Source: an uncultured Clostridia bacterium (GTDB lineage Bacteria; Bacillota; Clostridia; Christensenellales; UBA1242). Taken from it: a DNA stretch of 64,000 bases. Below, in pieces: positions 10,615 to 20,174 of the stretch. The translations under genes were made by a program, and so were the position numbers. Position 1 is the stretch's first letter, and the number at the start of each line of letters is the position of its first letter. The notes under the pieces are model-generated. The model had not been told where the DNA came from. It was given only the letters and a program-made list of their open reading frames with translations, and made no database searches. The stretch lies in NCBI GenBank assembly GCA_949949035.1, contig CATLHJ010000002.1, positions 53,680 through 117,679 of the forward strand, in the 5' to 3' direction.

Positions 10615-11616
10615 ATGGACATCCTTAACGAACTGGCGAAAATTGCTAACGAAGCCGATTTGGCGAATTTCCACAAAAAATACTTGTCGAAAACGGGAGA
10701 ATTGACCGCTCAATTACAGAACTTGAAAAATTTGCCCGCTGACCAACGGGCCACAGCGGGTAACCGTATCAATGAACTTAAACGCAATGTGGAACGCGAA
10801 TTTTTCCGCAAGCAGGCCGTCTTGCGCGAACAGGCCATTAACGACCAATTACGAGCAGATCCGTTAATCGACATCACGGTACCCGCGATTAAAGAACCAC
10901 AGGGTAGTTTGCACCCAATTACCTATTTAACCCGTCGGGTCAGTGAAATCTGTCGCTCAATGGGGTTCTTGGTGGTGGACGGTAATGAGGTGGTTACCGA
11001 ATTTGAAAACTTTGACGCGGTGAACATTCCTGCCGACCATCCCGCCCGTGATATGCAAGACACATTTTGGTTGACTAACGGTAAGTTGTTGAAAACCCAA
11101 ACTTCGGCCATGCAAAACGCGATTTTGCGGAAGTACGGCCCTGTCGTATCGGCGATTTTCCCCGGTCGTTGTTACCGCAATGAAGCCACGGACGCCAGCC
11201 ACGAATTCGCGTTCTTCCAATGTGAAGGCATGATGGTGGGGGAGAACATTTCCATTGCAAATTTAATCTACGTAATGAAAACCATCTTGTCCGAAGTTTA
11301 TGGCAAGGAAATTGAGGTGCGGTTACGTCCGGGCTATTTCCCGTTTGTTGAACCGGGTTTTGAATTGGATGCCAGTTGTCCGTTCTGTGGCGGTAAGGGG
11401 TGCAGCGTTTGTAAGCATTCGGGTTGGATTGAATTCTGCGGTTGCGGGATGATTCACCAAAACGTGTTACGCCAAGCCAATGTTGATCCCGAACGTTACC
11501 AAGGTTTTGCTTTCGGTTTTGGGTTGACCCGCATGGCGATGATGCAGTACGCGATTAACGATATTCGCCTGCTTAACTCGGGCAATTTGGAATTTTTGCG
11601 AGGTATTAGACGATGA
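10615..11616 (+). CDS. pheS: Phenylalanine--tRNA ligase alpha subunit
   Basis: HPARDMQDTF, YFPFVEP, GFAFGFG motifs. Confidence 0.97.
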   Translation: MDILNELAKIANEADLANFHKKYLSKTGELTAQLQNLKNLPADQRATAGNRINELKRNVEREFFRKQAVLREQAINDQLRADPLIDITVPAIKEPQGSLHPITYLTRRVSEICRSMGFLVVDGNEVVTEFENFDAVNIPADHPARDMQDTFWLTNGKLLKTQTSAMQNAILRKYGPVVSAIFPGRCYRNEATDASHEFAFFQCEGMMVGENISIANLIYVMKTILSEVYGKEIEVRLRPGYFPFVEPGFELDASCPFCGGKGCSVCKHSGWIEFCGCGMIHQNVLRQANVDPERYQGFAFGFGLTRMAMMQYAINDIRLLNSGNLEFLRGIRR

Positions 11617-13928
11617 AAATTTCGGTTAATTGGTTAAATGATTATGTAGACTTGTCGGGCATTACGGCAACGGAAATTGCCGACAAATTAACGCAGATAA
11701 CTTGTGAAGTTGAAGAGGTTATTCCGGTTGGGCGTGACCTAAACACCATAGTGGTGGGTAAAATTTTAACTTGCGTCAATCACCCGCAAAGTGACCACTT
11801 GCACCTACTGACGGTAGATATCGGGAAAAAACAACCACTAAATATTGTTTGTGGCGCCCCGAACGCCCGCGCGGGAATTATTGTAGCGGTGGCGACCGTT
11901 GGCACTGTGATGCCCAACGGTATGAAAATTGAAGCCGTCAAACTGCGCGGTTGCGATAGTTGCGGTATGTGTTGTTCCTATGCCGAACTGGGTTACAAAG
12001 AAGAAAACGAAGGCATTATTGAATTACCAGCGGATACTAAAATCGGTACACCAATTACCGCCGTTCTGTCAGGGTTGACAGACGATATTATTGATATTGA
12101 CAACAAGAGTATTACTAACCGCCCCGACTTGTGGGGACATTATGGTCTAGCGCGGGAACTGGCGGTAATTTTTGATCGCCCATTAAAGTCAATTAGCATT
12201 AAAAACGTATCTGCTTATGACGAGTTGCCGCCGTTAAACATTAAAATCGAAAACGACCATTGTTTGTCGTACGGTGCCATTAAGGTCACGAACGTGGGGG
12301 ACTGTGTGTCACCCGACTTAATCCAAAATCGTTTGTATAAACTGGGACATAACAGTCATGGTTTATTGGTCGATTTGACCAACTACGTGATGTTGGCGTT
12401 TGGTAATCCGTTGCACGCCTTTGACGCCAGCAAGGTGGAAAAAATCAGTATTGGTACGGTGCCGGTCGGTACCAAATTTACCACACTTAAAGATAACCAA
12501 ATTACTGCCACCAAGGAAATGTTGTTTATTAAATCTAATGGTAAACCAGTGGCACTGGCGGGGATTATGGGTGGTAAGAATAGCGAAATTACGCCCGCCA
12601 CCCGTGACGCAGTGTTTGAAATTGCGACTTTTGACGCGGCGAACGTGCGTCGCACTTCGGTAGCGGTGGGGATTCGCAGCGACGCCAGTATGCGTTACGA
12701 AAAAGCGTTAGACCCCGAAACTAACTGGTTAGCGACAGCAGAGTTGTTGCGTTTACTGCAACAATACGCTCCACAAGCCAAGGTCGTTTCGTCCTTTACC
12801 CGAGTGGTTAACCCCAAGGCGGTGCGCTCTACCCAAACTATCGTAGTTCCGAAGCAACGGCTGTGCAGTTTTACGGGGGTCGATTTCACCAACCAATACG
12901 ACTTGGTCAAACGTAAATTGACGGCCTTGGGTTTTCAACCTAAAATAACCGCCAAAGATATTACCGTGACCGTACCGTCATGGCGCAGTTGGAAAGATAT
13001 TACTACACCCGCCGACGTAATCGAAGAAATTATTCGTAATTATGGCTACCAAAATATTCCGCCGGTGGCACCGACGGTACAAATTAAGCCGTTGCCATAC
13101 GATGCTTACGCGGCCGCTAAAGAACAAATTAAGGACGCTTTGGCGTGGCATTATTACTTTAACGAAGTACATACCAATATATGGTACGATACTAAAGCGT
13201 TAAAGAATATGGGCTTAACGCCGCCGTCGTACGCGACAATTGCCAATCCGTTCAATAAGGACGACAACCAAATTCGTAGTACCATGTTGCCGAGTATGCT
13301 GACCGTGGCGGTAAACAATAAATTGCAACCGATGGTGCGCGTATTTGAAATTGGTCGCGTTATTAACGCCGATGGTACCGAAAGTGAACACCTGGCGGGG
13401 ACAGCGGTGTGTTTACCTTATCATGAAGTCGCACGTATGCTGGTCAGTATTTTTGATCGCCTTGGTTTTGTGTTAGAATATAAGATTAACACTGTGGACA
13501 ATCCCGTTTTTCACCCGACCAATAATGCGGAAATTTGGTGTAACGGACAGTGCGTAGGTAAGATTGGTATTGTTCACCCGCGGGTACTCGGTTATGCGCA
13601 AGCGGTGGCTTTTGAAATTGATTTGTCGACCATCGCGTGGGACAGCGTTCCGCAAAATTTAGCGCCCGTGTTGTCGAAATTTCCCAAAACGGAACTGGAT
13701 TTCACATTTGTTTGGAACGGAATATACGCGGATTTAGCCAAGATTATGGCGGGGTTTAATCATCCGTACGTGACGGGGCAACACTTAACCGCGGTGTATG
13801 AAAACCGGTATACCTTAACTTTCACCGTTTCTTGCCGCGAAAAAACGCTTGACAAAGAAGAAATTAAGCAGATTCACCAAGAAATTGTTGACTTTGCCGC
13901 TAAAAATAGTGTACATCTTTATCAGTGA
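11613..13928 (+). CDS. pheT: Phenylalanine--tRNA ligase beta subunit
   Basis: IVCGAPN, NRPDL, LAGIMGG, DVIEEI; ATGA overlap with pheS. Confidence 0.96.
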   Translation: MKISVNWLNDYVDLSGITATEIADKLTQITCEVEEVIPVGRDLNTIVVGKILTCVNHPQSDHLHLLTVDIGKKQPLNIVCGAPNARAGIIVAVATVGTVMPNGMKIEAVKLRGCDSCGMCCSYAELGYKEENEGIIELPADTKIGTPITAVLSGLTDDIIDIDNKSITNRPDLWGHYGLARELAVIFDRPLKSISIKNVSAYDELPPLNIKIENDHCLSYGAIKVTNVGDCVSPDLIQNRLYKLGHNSHGLLVDLTNYVMLAFGNPLHAFDASKVEKISIGTVPVGTKFTTLKDNQITATKEMLFIKSNGKPVALAGIMGGKNSEITPATRDAVFEIATFDAANVRRTSVAVGIRSDASMRYEKALDPETNWLATAELLRLLQQYAPQAKVVSSFTRVVNPKAVRSTQTIVVPKQRLCSFTGVDFTNQYDLVKRKLTALGFQPKITAKDITVTVPSWRSWKDITTPADVIEEIIRNYGYQNIPPVAPTVQIKPLPYDAYAAAKEQIKDALAWHYYFNEVHTNIWYDTKALKNMGLTPPSYATIANPFNKDDNQIRSTMLPSMLTVAVNNKLQPMVRVFEIGRVINADGTESEHLAGTAVCLPYHEVARMLVSIFDRLGFVLEYKINTVDNPVFHPTNNAEIWCNGQCVGKIGIVHPRVLGYAQAVAFEIDLSTIAWDSVPQNLAPVLSKFPKTELDFTFVWNGIYADLAKIMAGFNHPYVTGQHLTAVYENRYTLTFTVSCREKTLDKEEIKQIHQEIVDFAAKNSVHLYQ

Positions 13929-14968
13929 ACGAAAACATTTTTTACATTGACGCCAAGACCAAAATTGTCGATTTCCTAACGACCGAGTTTTCGGGCACTT
14001 TCCCGATTAAATTACAAAACCGTTTCCTGAATTTCTTCCCACAAATTACCAATTACGAAGAAGAAGGGCATAAATACAAACCTGCCATTTTCTTCACTAA
14101 CAATATTGACGCTGTGGTTAAAAACGTACCGAACGCCACTAAAATCGTGCTGTTTAATGATATAAACGAAAACATGTTTGCGTCACGCTTAAAAAGTTTA
14201 ATTCCGTTTTGTAACCTGAATTGGTGCGTTTACGTGTCGGTTTCAGATGACAAAACCGAATATGGCATTTTCCGGATTATTAACAGTATTAAAGACGAAA
14301 GTTTGGAAACTGTGTTATTCAAATCCCAAACTTTATTGGATAAAAGCAATAAACTGTTTGGTATTTACGTTTACGCCGAAAACACTTGGACGATTACCAT
14401 GCGCAGCCTAAAAGGACGCATGGTTAACGTTAACTTTGCGTTAGACATTAAGGTGGTTAATAACTGGGAAGACGAAATCAAAGAATTTGTTGATGCCAGT
14501 TTTGCTAAATTACGCACTAGTTCTAAAAAATTGCAAGACATTAAAAATATGTACAAAAACATCTTCAAAAACGTTATGCGCTCGATTGATGGTACTATTT
14601 GTGTAGTAGTGGATTCGGATTACAAACCCGACGCATTCTTTGAAGATGGCATTTGGCTGACCGAACCAATCAACTTGTCGAAATTGTTTGCCCAAACTAA
14701 CCAATACAATGAACAAAAACTGACGACCATTGCCGATGTCTTTATGACTATGTTGAATTTTGACGGTATTACCGTAGTTGATAACATGGGGCAAATTCGT
14801 GCCTATAACGTATTTATTGAAACCAATTTGAAGGTTGCGGGTAACATTATGGGTGGGGCACGCAAACGGGCAGCCTATACAATTATTAACAGCAAACGGC
14901 CCAACATTATCGGTGTCTATTTTCAAAGTCATGAAGGTGAAATGTTTTACGCTCCCGTTAAAAGATAA
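13925..14968 (+). CDS. Protein with a C-terminal DisA_N/diadenylate-cyclase-like domain
   Basis: FDGITVVD and GGARKRAA resemble the DAC DGA and GxRHRxA motifs; followed by FQSHEG. Confidence 0.6.
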   Translation: MNENIFYIDAKTKIVDFLTTEFSGTFPIKLQNRFLNFFPQITNYEEEGHKYKPAIFFTNNIDAVVKNVPNATKIVLFNDINENMFASRLKSLIPFCNLNWCVYVSVSDDKTEYGIFRIINSIKDESLETVLFKSQTLLDKSNKLFGIYVYAENTWTITMRSLKGRMVNVNFALDIKVVNNWEDEIKEFVDASFAKLRTSSKKLQDIKNMYKNIFKNVMRSIDGTICVVVDSDYKPDAFFEDGIWLTEPINLSKLFAQTNQYNEQKLTTIADVFMTMLNFDGITVVDNMGQIRAYNVFIETNLKVAGNIMGGARKRAAYTIINSKRPNIIGVYFQSHEGEMFYAPVKR

Positions 14969-16443
14969 AAAACTTTTTGTAAACGTGGCATAATATCGGA
15001 CAACTGTTCTCGTCCTAACGGGTGGGGTAAACGGTCGTTTCCTAGTTCAATCGTAAATGACGGAATGTCGTTCTTTAGTGCTAAGTAATCGGTTAACCCA
15101 CCATAAGAATCAACCGACATGGTGGCACGGTATTGGGTTAGTTCGGCAAGCTTTTGGGCGGTTGGTTGATCGGTAATCCGGCTGTAATAAATAACTTCGC
15201 CTTTAGTGTGTAAAGCCACGCTGATAGTGGGGTGAAAGTCATGGACCAATCGCAAAATGGCTTTGGTTTCTGGTTCGCTGTGTGGGTGATGCCCAATATA
15301 GTTGGCGGGAGCGGGGGTAGTAAGGTTGCTGTGACCTTGCCCCCAGCCCGCATCATAATTAACGTTCAAATCGACGGCACGGGCGTTGGCTTTCCAGAGA
15401 CGAAAATCAGTACTGCCGCGATTGACGCGTTTTAACCATCGACGACGACAACGGGGCGTCGCGGTTAAACCTTGGGTAGCTAAGGCTATGCCGTCAGGAT
15501 TACAGTTAGGAACCAAAACAACGCCAACGTCACTGGGTAAATCGAAGCACAAAGGTAATAACCCGCGTGTAGCGTCAACCGTTAACCATTCACGGGCGTG
15601 CATTCCGCCGGTAATTAAGACGCGTTTGCTGGCACGTAAGTTACCGAATTGATAAGCAATAATTGGTCGGTGTAATACGCTGTGTCCGATAATTTTAATA
15701 CAGTCCAAATGTTGTAAGTCACGATAATCAGTTATCCCGTTGGGTAACGTAGCGGTACCATGAAAATCCGAACCGACTCTTAAACATTGGTCTCCAAAAT
15801 GTTTAATAAAGTATAAATAGTGTTTTATGTAGTTATAAATACTACAAGATGTAGTGTGTTGCGTTAAAAATTCGGGCACCACGCACAGGCCGACCAGTCC
15901 TCCTGATTTAACGATGGTCTGTATTTGATGGTTAGTTAAATTTCGTGGGTGGCGGTGCAAAGCGTTTAAGGCGGTATGTGTGCAAACCAAGGGGCGACTG
16001 GTAATTTGCGCTAATTGGTAGAAACTGTGACGATTCAAGTGTGCGGTATCGATTTGGATACCCGCAGCTTCCAAGGCAGCAATGACTTGACGCCCCCACG
16101 GGGTGATGTTGTGGTGACTTTTGGCACCACCGGCTAAGGTGTTGGCTTGATTCCACGTTAAACCGACGCTGTGCGGGCGCAATTTAATGAATGCGTCTAA
16201 ATTAGCTGGGGTTAAAAACCACGCGTCTTCGATGTGTAAACGACATAGGGGGTAAGCGGGATCACCGGCTAATTTATCTAACACTCGCTTTTTGGTTTTG
16301 ATAGTAGCCATGGGGTTGGGTAAGCGAGTAGTCCATACCGATAGCCAAATTTCGTGTACGCCGTCGCGTTTGGCTTTTTGCAGGTAGGTGCGTAACTGGG
16401 CGGTAGGTAGTGCCAGTAACGCGTCATTATGTAAATCAACCAT
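14947..16443 (-). CDS. Fusion of an M19 membrane dipeptidase-like domain and an M14 gamma-D-Glu-mDAP peptidase-like domain
   Basis: DLHND, LTWN, IDTAH, CTHT, GSDF (M19); HAREW, NPDG, VDLN, SEPET, LHT, TIELG (M14). Confidence 0.85.
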   Translation of the reverse strand: MVDLHNDALLALPTAQLRTYLQKAKRDGVHEIWLSVWTTRLPNPMATIKTKKRVLDKLAGDPAYPLCRLHIEDAWFLTPANLDAFIKLRPHSVGLTWNQANTLAGGAKSHHNITPWGRQVIAALEAAGIQIDTAHLNRHSFYQLAQITSRPLVCTHTALNALHRHPRNLTNHQIQTIVKSGGLVGLCVVPEFLTQHTTSCSIYNYIKHYLYFIKHFGDQCLRVGSDFHGTATLPNGITDYRDLQHLDCIKIIGHSVLHRPIIAYQFGNLRASKRVLITGGMHAREWLTVDATRGLLPLCFDLPSDVGVVLVPNCNPDGIALATQGLTATPRCRRRWLKRVNRGSTDFRLWKANARAVDLNVNYDAGWGQGHSNLTTPAPANYIGHHPHSEPETKAILRLVHDFHPTISVALHTKGEVIYYSRITDQPTAQKLAELTQYRATMSVDSYGGLTDYLALKNDIPSFTIELGNDRLPHPLGREQLSDIMPRLQKVFYLLTGA

Positions 16444-16467
16444 TGGCTATATCTATGTGGGAAGTGG

Positions 16468-16497
16468 TTGTCAAATACTACCAGATTATGGTATAAT
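16468..16497 (+). promoter_or_regulatory. sigmaA promoter of tmRNA
   Basis: TTGTCA-18-TATAAT with extended TG. Confidence 0.7.
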
Positions 16498-16521
16498 TAT
16501 AACAGGACGACCACAAGCCGT

Positions 16522-16885
16522 GGGGGCGATTGGCTTCGACGGTTGGCGGGCGGTTCGTTAAGCATACCGGCGGGGAAACCATACGTTAATTGGTTTCGAA
16601 AAGACAAATGCAAGTCCTAAAAATGCAAACTTGGCTTTGGCTGCGTAAGTAAGTCAAAGAACCGGGCGAACGACGCGTTTAACCCTTTTAACGGTCGCTC
16701 GACAACAAAGGGTGAACGGGGCAGTATAACCTTGGTTAACGGTAATATTGTTCGGCACCAAAGTTAACCCTAACCGAATTACTTTGTCGTTAATTTATCG
16801 GTTGGGAAATAGATAACGACTATGTATGTAGAAGTACGAACCAGAAACCAATCGGACTCGGGTTCAATTCCCGACGTCTCCACCA
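16522..16885 (+). ncRNA. ssrA: tmRNA (SsrA); tag reading frame ASPKNANLALAA* at 16610-16648
   Basis: 5' GGGGGCGATTGGCTTCGAC; 3' T-arm GGTTCAATTCC and CGTCTCCACCA acceptor with G3-U pair; tag ends LALAA-stop. Confidence 0.97.
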
Positions 16886-18410
16886 CAGCAGGGGTATACG
16901 CACCCCTAGCACATAAAGCAAAATTAGTATTGCCTATTGGCGTTGATGTAGTTGTGCCGCCGTCAGGGCAATCGGGAAAAATTAGGTTCATTAGTAGGGC
17001 TTCTTTTTGTCCGCTTTTTAAGTGGAATAAGATTTTCATTTTGTCATCGTACACAATGACGCGGTAGATTAGCGTGTTAATTAACGCCTTACGATTTTGG
17101 AAATTGTCATAATCTAATTCGCGGAAATGGTGTAACCATTTTTGTATATCGGCGTAAGTGTAATTGATTTGCAAGGCTTTTTCGGTCTCAACGGTGTTGG
17201 CTAGGGCTTTATTCTCGTTTTCTAGTTTTTCAATTTGCGCCAAGATTGTGTCAGTGGCTTTGCCGTGCATTAACGCTTGCATTAAGTTGTCGATTGATTT
17301 TTGGTTGGCTGCTACCAAGTTTTCTAGCCGTTTAATCTCGCTGTCGTTTTGTTCAGCTTTAATTAGCGTGTAGGTTTCGGCGGCAATCATATCAATAAAT
17401 TCATCGGTTAAAGTGCGGACAATTTCTTGCACAACGGCGTCTTCAATGATTTTTTGACGGATGGTGCGTTTGTCGCATTGGTGTGATGGAATAATATTGA
17501 CACAGCGGTAGTAATGGTGCAGTTTCCCCGTTTTGCTGGTGGCACTGATGCCCGTCATTTTGGCGCCGCATTTGCCGCAAATCAATTTGTCGGAAAGTAG
17601 GTAAGGAACTTTCGCTTTGCCACGAGCGGGTGCGGCTGCGTATTTAGCAAGCACTTGTTGCACTTGGGTAAACAAATTATCGTCAATAATCCGCGGAATC
17701 CCGCCGTCGGTTTCTTGACCTTGAAAGATGTATTTGCCAAGGTAACGGCGGTTGTTGAAAATGCTGTGAAAACTGTTTTTGTTCCATTTGGCTCCGTGCG
17801 ATGTTTTGATGCCGTGTTCGTTCAGGTAGTCGCCAATTTGTACATAGTTGTAACCACTGGCTAACATTTGGAACATTTTTTTGACGATTGGGGCAGTATT
17901 GTCATCGATGACGATATTTTTCTCGGTGTCAACCTTGTAGCCAAGCGGTACAGCACCACCAAAGAATTTGCATTTAGACGCCGAGATAGCAATGCCGCGT
18001 TTAATTTTCTGGGCGAGTTCTGCCGAGTAATATTCCGCCATACTTTCCAAGACGCCTTCGATTAAAATACCGCTGGCATCGTCAGTAATATTTTCCTTGG
18101 CGGATAACACGCGAACACCGTTTTTCTTTAATTTAGATTTATAAATGGCACTATCGTAACGGTTGCGGGCAAAGCGGTCCAACTGGTAAACAATCACAAA
18201 TTGAAAGGCTTTTTTCTTGCTGTCTTCAATCATTTGCAAAAAGTCTGGTCGTTTATCAGTTGTTCCCGTTAAAGCACGGTCAATGTATTCGTGAATAATG
18301 TGCAAGTCACTGCGTTTGGCGAACGCATAGCATTCTGCTAGTTGCCCTTCGATTGATTGTTCATTTTGTGAGTGTGAACTAAATCGTGCATAAATTACGG
18401 CATTTTTCAT
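16779..18410 (-). CDS. Large serine recombinase (integrase); last ~36 codons overlap tmRNA antisense
   Basis: YARFSS catalytic Ser, DRFARN, recombinase domain, CGKCG...YYRC zinc ribbon, coiled coil. Confidence 0.95.
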   Translation of the reverse strand: MKNAVIYARFSSHSQNEQSIEGQLAECYAFAKRSDLHIIHEYIDRALTGTTDKRPDFLQMIEDSKKKAFQFVIVYQLDRFARNRYDSAIYKSKLKKNGVRVLSAKENITDDASGILIEGVLESMAEYYSAELAQKIKRGIAISASKCKFFGGAVPLGYKVDTEKNIVIDDNTAPIVKKMFQMLASGYNYVQIGDYLNEHGIKTSHGAKWNKNSFHSIFNNRRYLGKYIFQGQETDGGIPRIIDDNLFTQVQQVLAKYAAAPARGKAKVPYLLSDKLICGKCGAKMTGISATSKTGKLHHYYRCVNIIPSHQCDKRTIRQKIIEDAVVQEIVRTLTDEFIDMIAAETYTLIKAEQNDSEIKRLENLVAANQKSIDNLMQALMHGKATDTILAQIEKLENENKALANTVETEKALQINYTYADIQKWLHHFRELDYDNFQNRKALINTLIYRVIVYDDKMKILFHLKSGQKEALLMNLIFPDCPDGGTTTSTPIGNTNFALCARGAYTPAVVETSGIEPESDWFLVRTSTYIVVIYFPTDKLTTK

Positions 18411-18460
18411 TTTTTACTCCTTTTTTGCCTTAAAAGGCAAGGCTCCGCCATTGCCGCTTG

Positions 18461-18579
18461 GCTACCCGTCCCACTGGCGACAGCAAGGACAGTCAAGGGT
18501 CTGCCACGCAGTGGACGGCGTTTTATGCCTAACGGGAGATAAATCGCCGCCCTTGACGGTGCTTGCCGACAGTGGTAGC
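18461..18579. promoter_or_regulatory. Long branched stem-loop in the integrase leader
   Basis: Nested pairings CCACTG/CAGTGG, GCAAG/CTTGC, GTCAAGGG/CCCTTGAC, GGCGTTTTAT/ATAAATCGCC. Confidence 0.55.
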
Positions 18580-18871
18580 AGAAAAACATTGTTTCAATGT
18601 AGATATTACTTGCTGGTTTGACTTGTGGATTTTTGTCGTAATCTTAGATAAATTGACGATTATAAAAAACTTTTAGTAAAAACCTTGCCATTTGCCTTTC
18701 CCCGTGTCTATAGGTAGGGGCTATAAAAATAAAACCTTAACACCCCCTGCGTGAAGTGCTTATAGGTAGGGGGCACGGCGGGCAATGGCGGCGCAGCCGC
18801 CTTGCCCGCGGGCGTGTATAGTATTACCACGCCACCCCGTAACACTGTAACAACATTAAAAGGAGTAGAAG

Positions 18872-19060
18872 ATGTGTAAAACGAATAATTTGCCAAATCG
18901 CTTTGACGGTATTTCAGTTATCTATTTTGATGACAAAAGTCGCAACCGCTACGTGAAATTACCGGCGGATCAAGAACTGGCAAAACAGTTAGCCAGTTTG
19001 CTTTATCACAATGTAAAAATCACAATTAGCCAAGACAAGCAAAAGGAGACTGTAAAATGA
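18872..19060 (+). CDS. Small hypothetical protein, coupled to the tyrosine recombinase
   Basis: AAGGAG SD; ATGA overlap with the next gene. Confidence 0.65.
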   Translation: MCKTNNLPNRFDGISVIYFDDKSRNRYVKLPADQELAKQLASLLYHNVKITISQDKQKETVK

Positions 19061-19974
19061 AATATCAAAATTGGTTAAACGAATGGTTGGAAAATTATAT
19101 TAAACCGACCCATAAGCAACGGACTTACGATCGCTATTGGCAAGTTGTCAATACCCATATTTTGGCAAGTTTGGGTAATTATGAGTTAAATGCTATCACA
19201 CCCTTGATCCTGCAAAAGTATGTTGCCCAGTTGCTGCAAAACGGTAATCAGCAAACGGGGCAGTCATTGTCTGCAAATACGGTTAATGGCATTATTTCAA
19301 TTTTGCAATCGTCCTTAAAAACGGCGTATACCTTGGGGCTGTGCGACGAATACGTCGGCAATAAAATTGCCCGTCCCAAAATCACCGAAAAACAAGTTTC
19401 GTGTTTTAACCTGACAGAACAAAAACAAATTGAACACTATGTCCTCACTAACAAAAAGTTCAAACTTTATGGTGTGATAATTTGTTTGTATACAGGTTTA
19501 CGTATCGGCGAATTATTAGGATTAGAGTGGCGTGATCTTGATTTTAATAAAGGCATTTTGACAGTATCCAAGACAGTTTACGATCACCAAGGTCAGCGCT
19601 GTATTGATACTCCGAAAACAATCACTTCTTGCCGCATGATTCCGTTGCCCAAACAATTGCTGCCGGTCTTGAGAAACTTAAAGCAAAATACCAAATCAAA
19701 CTGTATAGTGGTGGATAAAGATAATCGTCCTATCTCGGTCCGCAGTTACCAACGCAGTTTTGAATTATTACAAAAGAAATTGAAAATTGCCCATCGGGGG
19801 TTTCACGCTTTGCGGCATACTTTCGCTACGCGGGCATTGGAGTGCGGTATGGATGTAAAATCACTTTCGGAAATCTTGGGGCATAAAAATACCAGCATTA
19901 CACTTAATCGTTACGTGCATTCGCTACTGGAACATAAGCAATCAATGATGAATAAACTTGGTAAATTGTTATAG
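19057..19974 (+). CDS. Tyrosine recombinase, probable DNA invertase
   Basis: TGLRIGE, PKT, FHALRHTFAT, ILGH, RYVH catalytic set; 305 aa with no arm-binding domain; inverted repeat starts 5 nt after the stop. Confidence 0.93.
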   Translation: MKYQNWLNEWLENYIKPTHKQRTYDRYWQVVNTHILASLGNYELNAITPLILQKYVAQLLQNGNQQTGQSLSANTVNGIISILQSSLKTAYTLGLCDEYVGNKIARPKITEKQVSCFNLTEQKQIEHYVLTNKKFKLYGVIICLYTGLRIGELLGLEWRDLDFNKGILTVSKTVYDHQGQRCIDTPKTITSCRMIPLPKQLLPVLRNLKQNTKSNCIVVDKDNRPISVRSYQRSFELLQKKLKIAHRGFHALRHTFATRALECGMDVKSLSEILGHKNTSITLNRYVHSLLEHKQSMMNKLGKLL

Positions 19975-19979
19975 AAAAG

Positions 19980-20002
19980 TGTTCATCAAATATTTTAATC
20001 GG
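19980..20002 (+). repeat. Left inverted repeat of the invertible segment (TGTTCATCAAATATTTTAATCGG)
   Basis: Exact reverse complement of 20114-20136. Confidence 0.92.
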
Positions 20003-20021
20003 CGTACATATTTACAATAAA

Positions 20022-20050
20022 ACTATACCATAGTCACCTGAAAATCGCAA
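20022..20050 (-). promoter_or_regulatory. sigmaA promoter inside the invertible segment, currently facing away from the methyltransferase
   Basis: Minus strand TTGCGA-17-TATAGT with extended -10 TG. Confidence 0.8.
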
Positions 20051-20113
20051 ACAAGTTATCAAAATTGTTCATTTACATGATATTTACCGCCACAAATTGC
20101 TCCATTTTGTTCT

Positions 20114-20136
20114 CCGATTAAAATATTTGATGAACA
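20114..20136 (-). repeat. Right inverted repeat of the invertible segment (CCGATTAAAATATTTGATGAACA)
   Basis: Exact reverse complement of 19980-20002. Confidence 0.92.
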
Positions 20137-20174
20137 AATGTTTTGTCGTTATGTACATAAAATGGGAGTTACAA

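Noticed and set aside
18407-18896. Short ORFs 18407-18589(-) and 18708-18896(-)
   Set aside because: They coincide with GC-rich hairpins that lack stops; no SD or recognisable domain.
20097-20174. N-terminal extension of the methyltransferase in the ORF track
   Set aside because: It crosses the right inverted repeat and lacks an SD; ATG 20175 has a GGGAG SD and a family-typical start.
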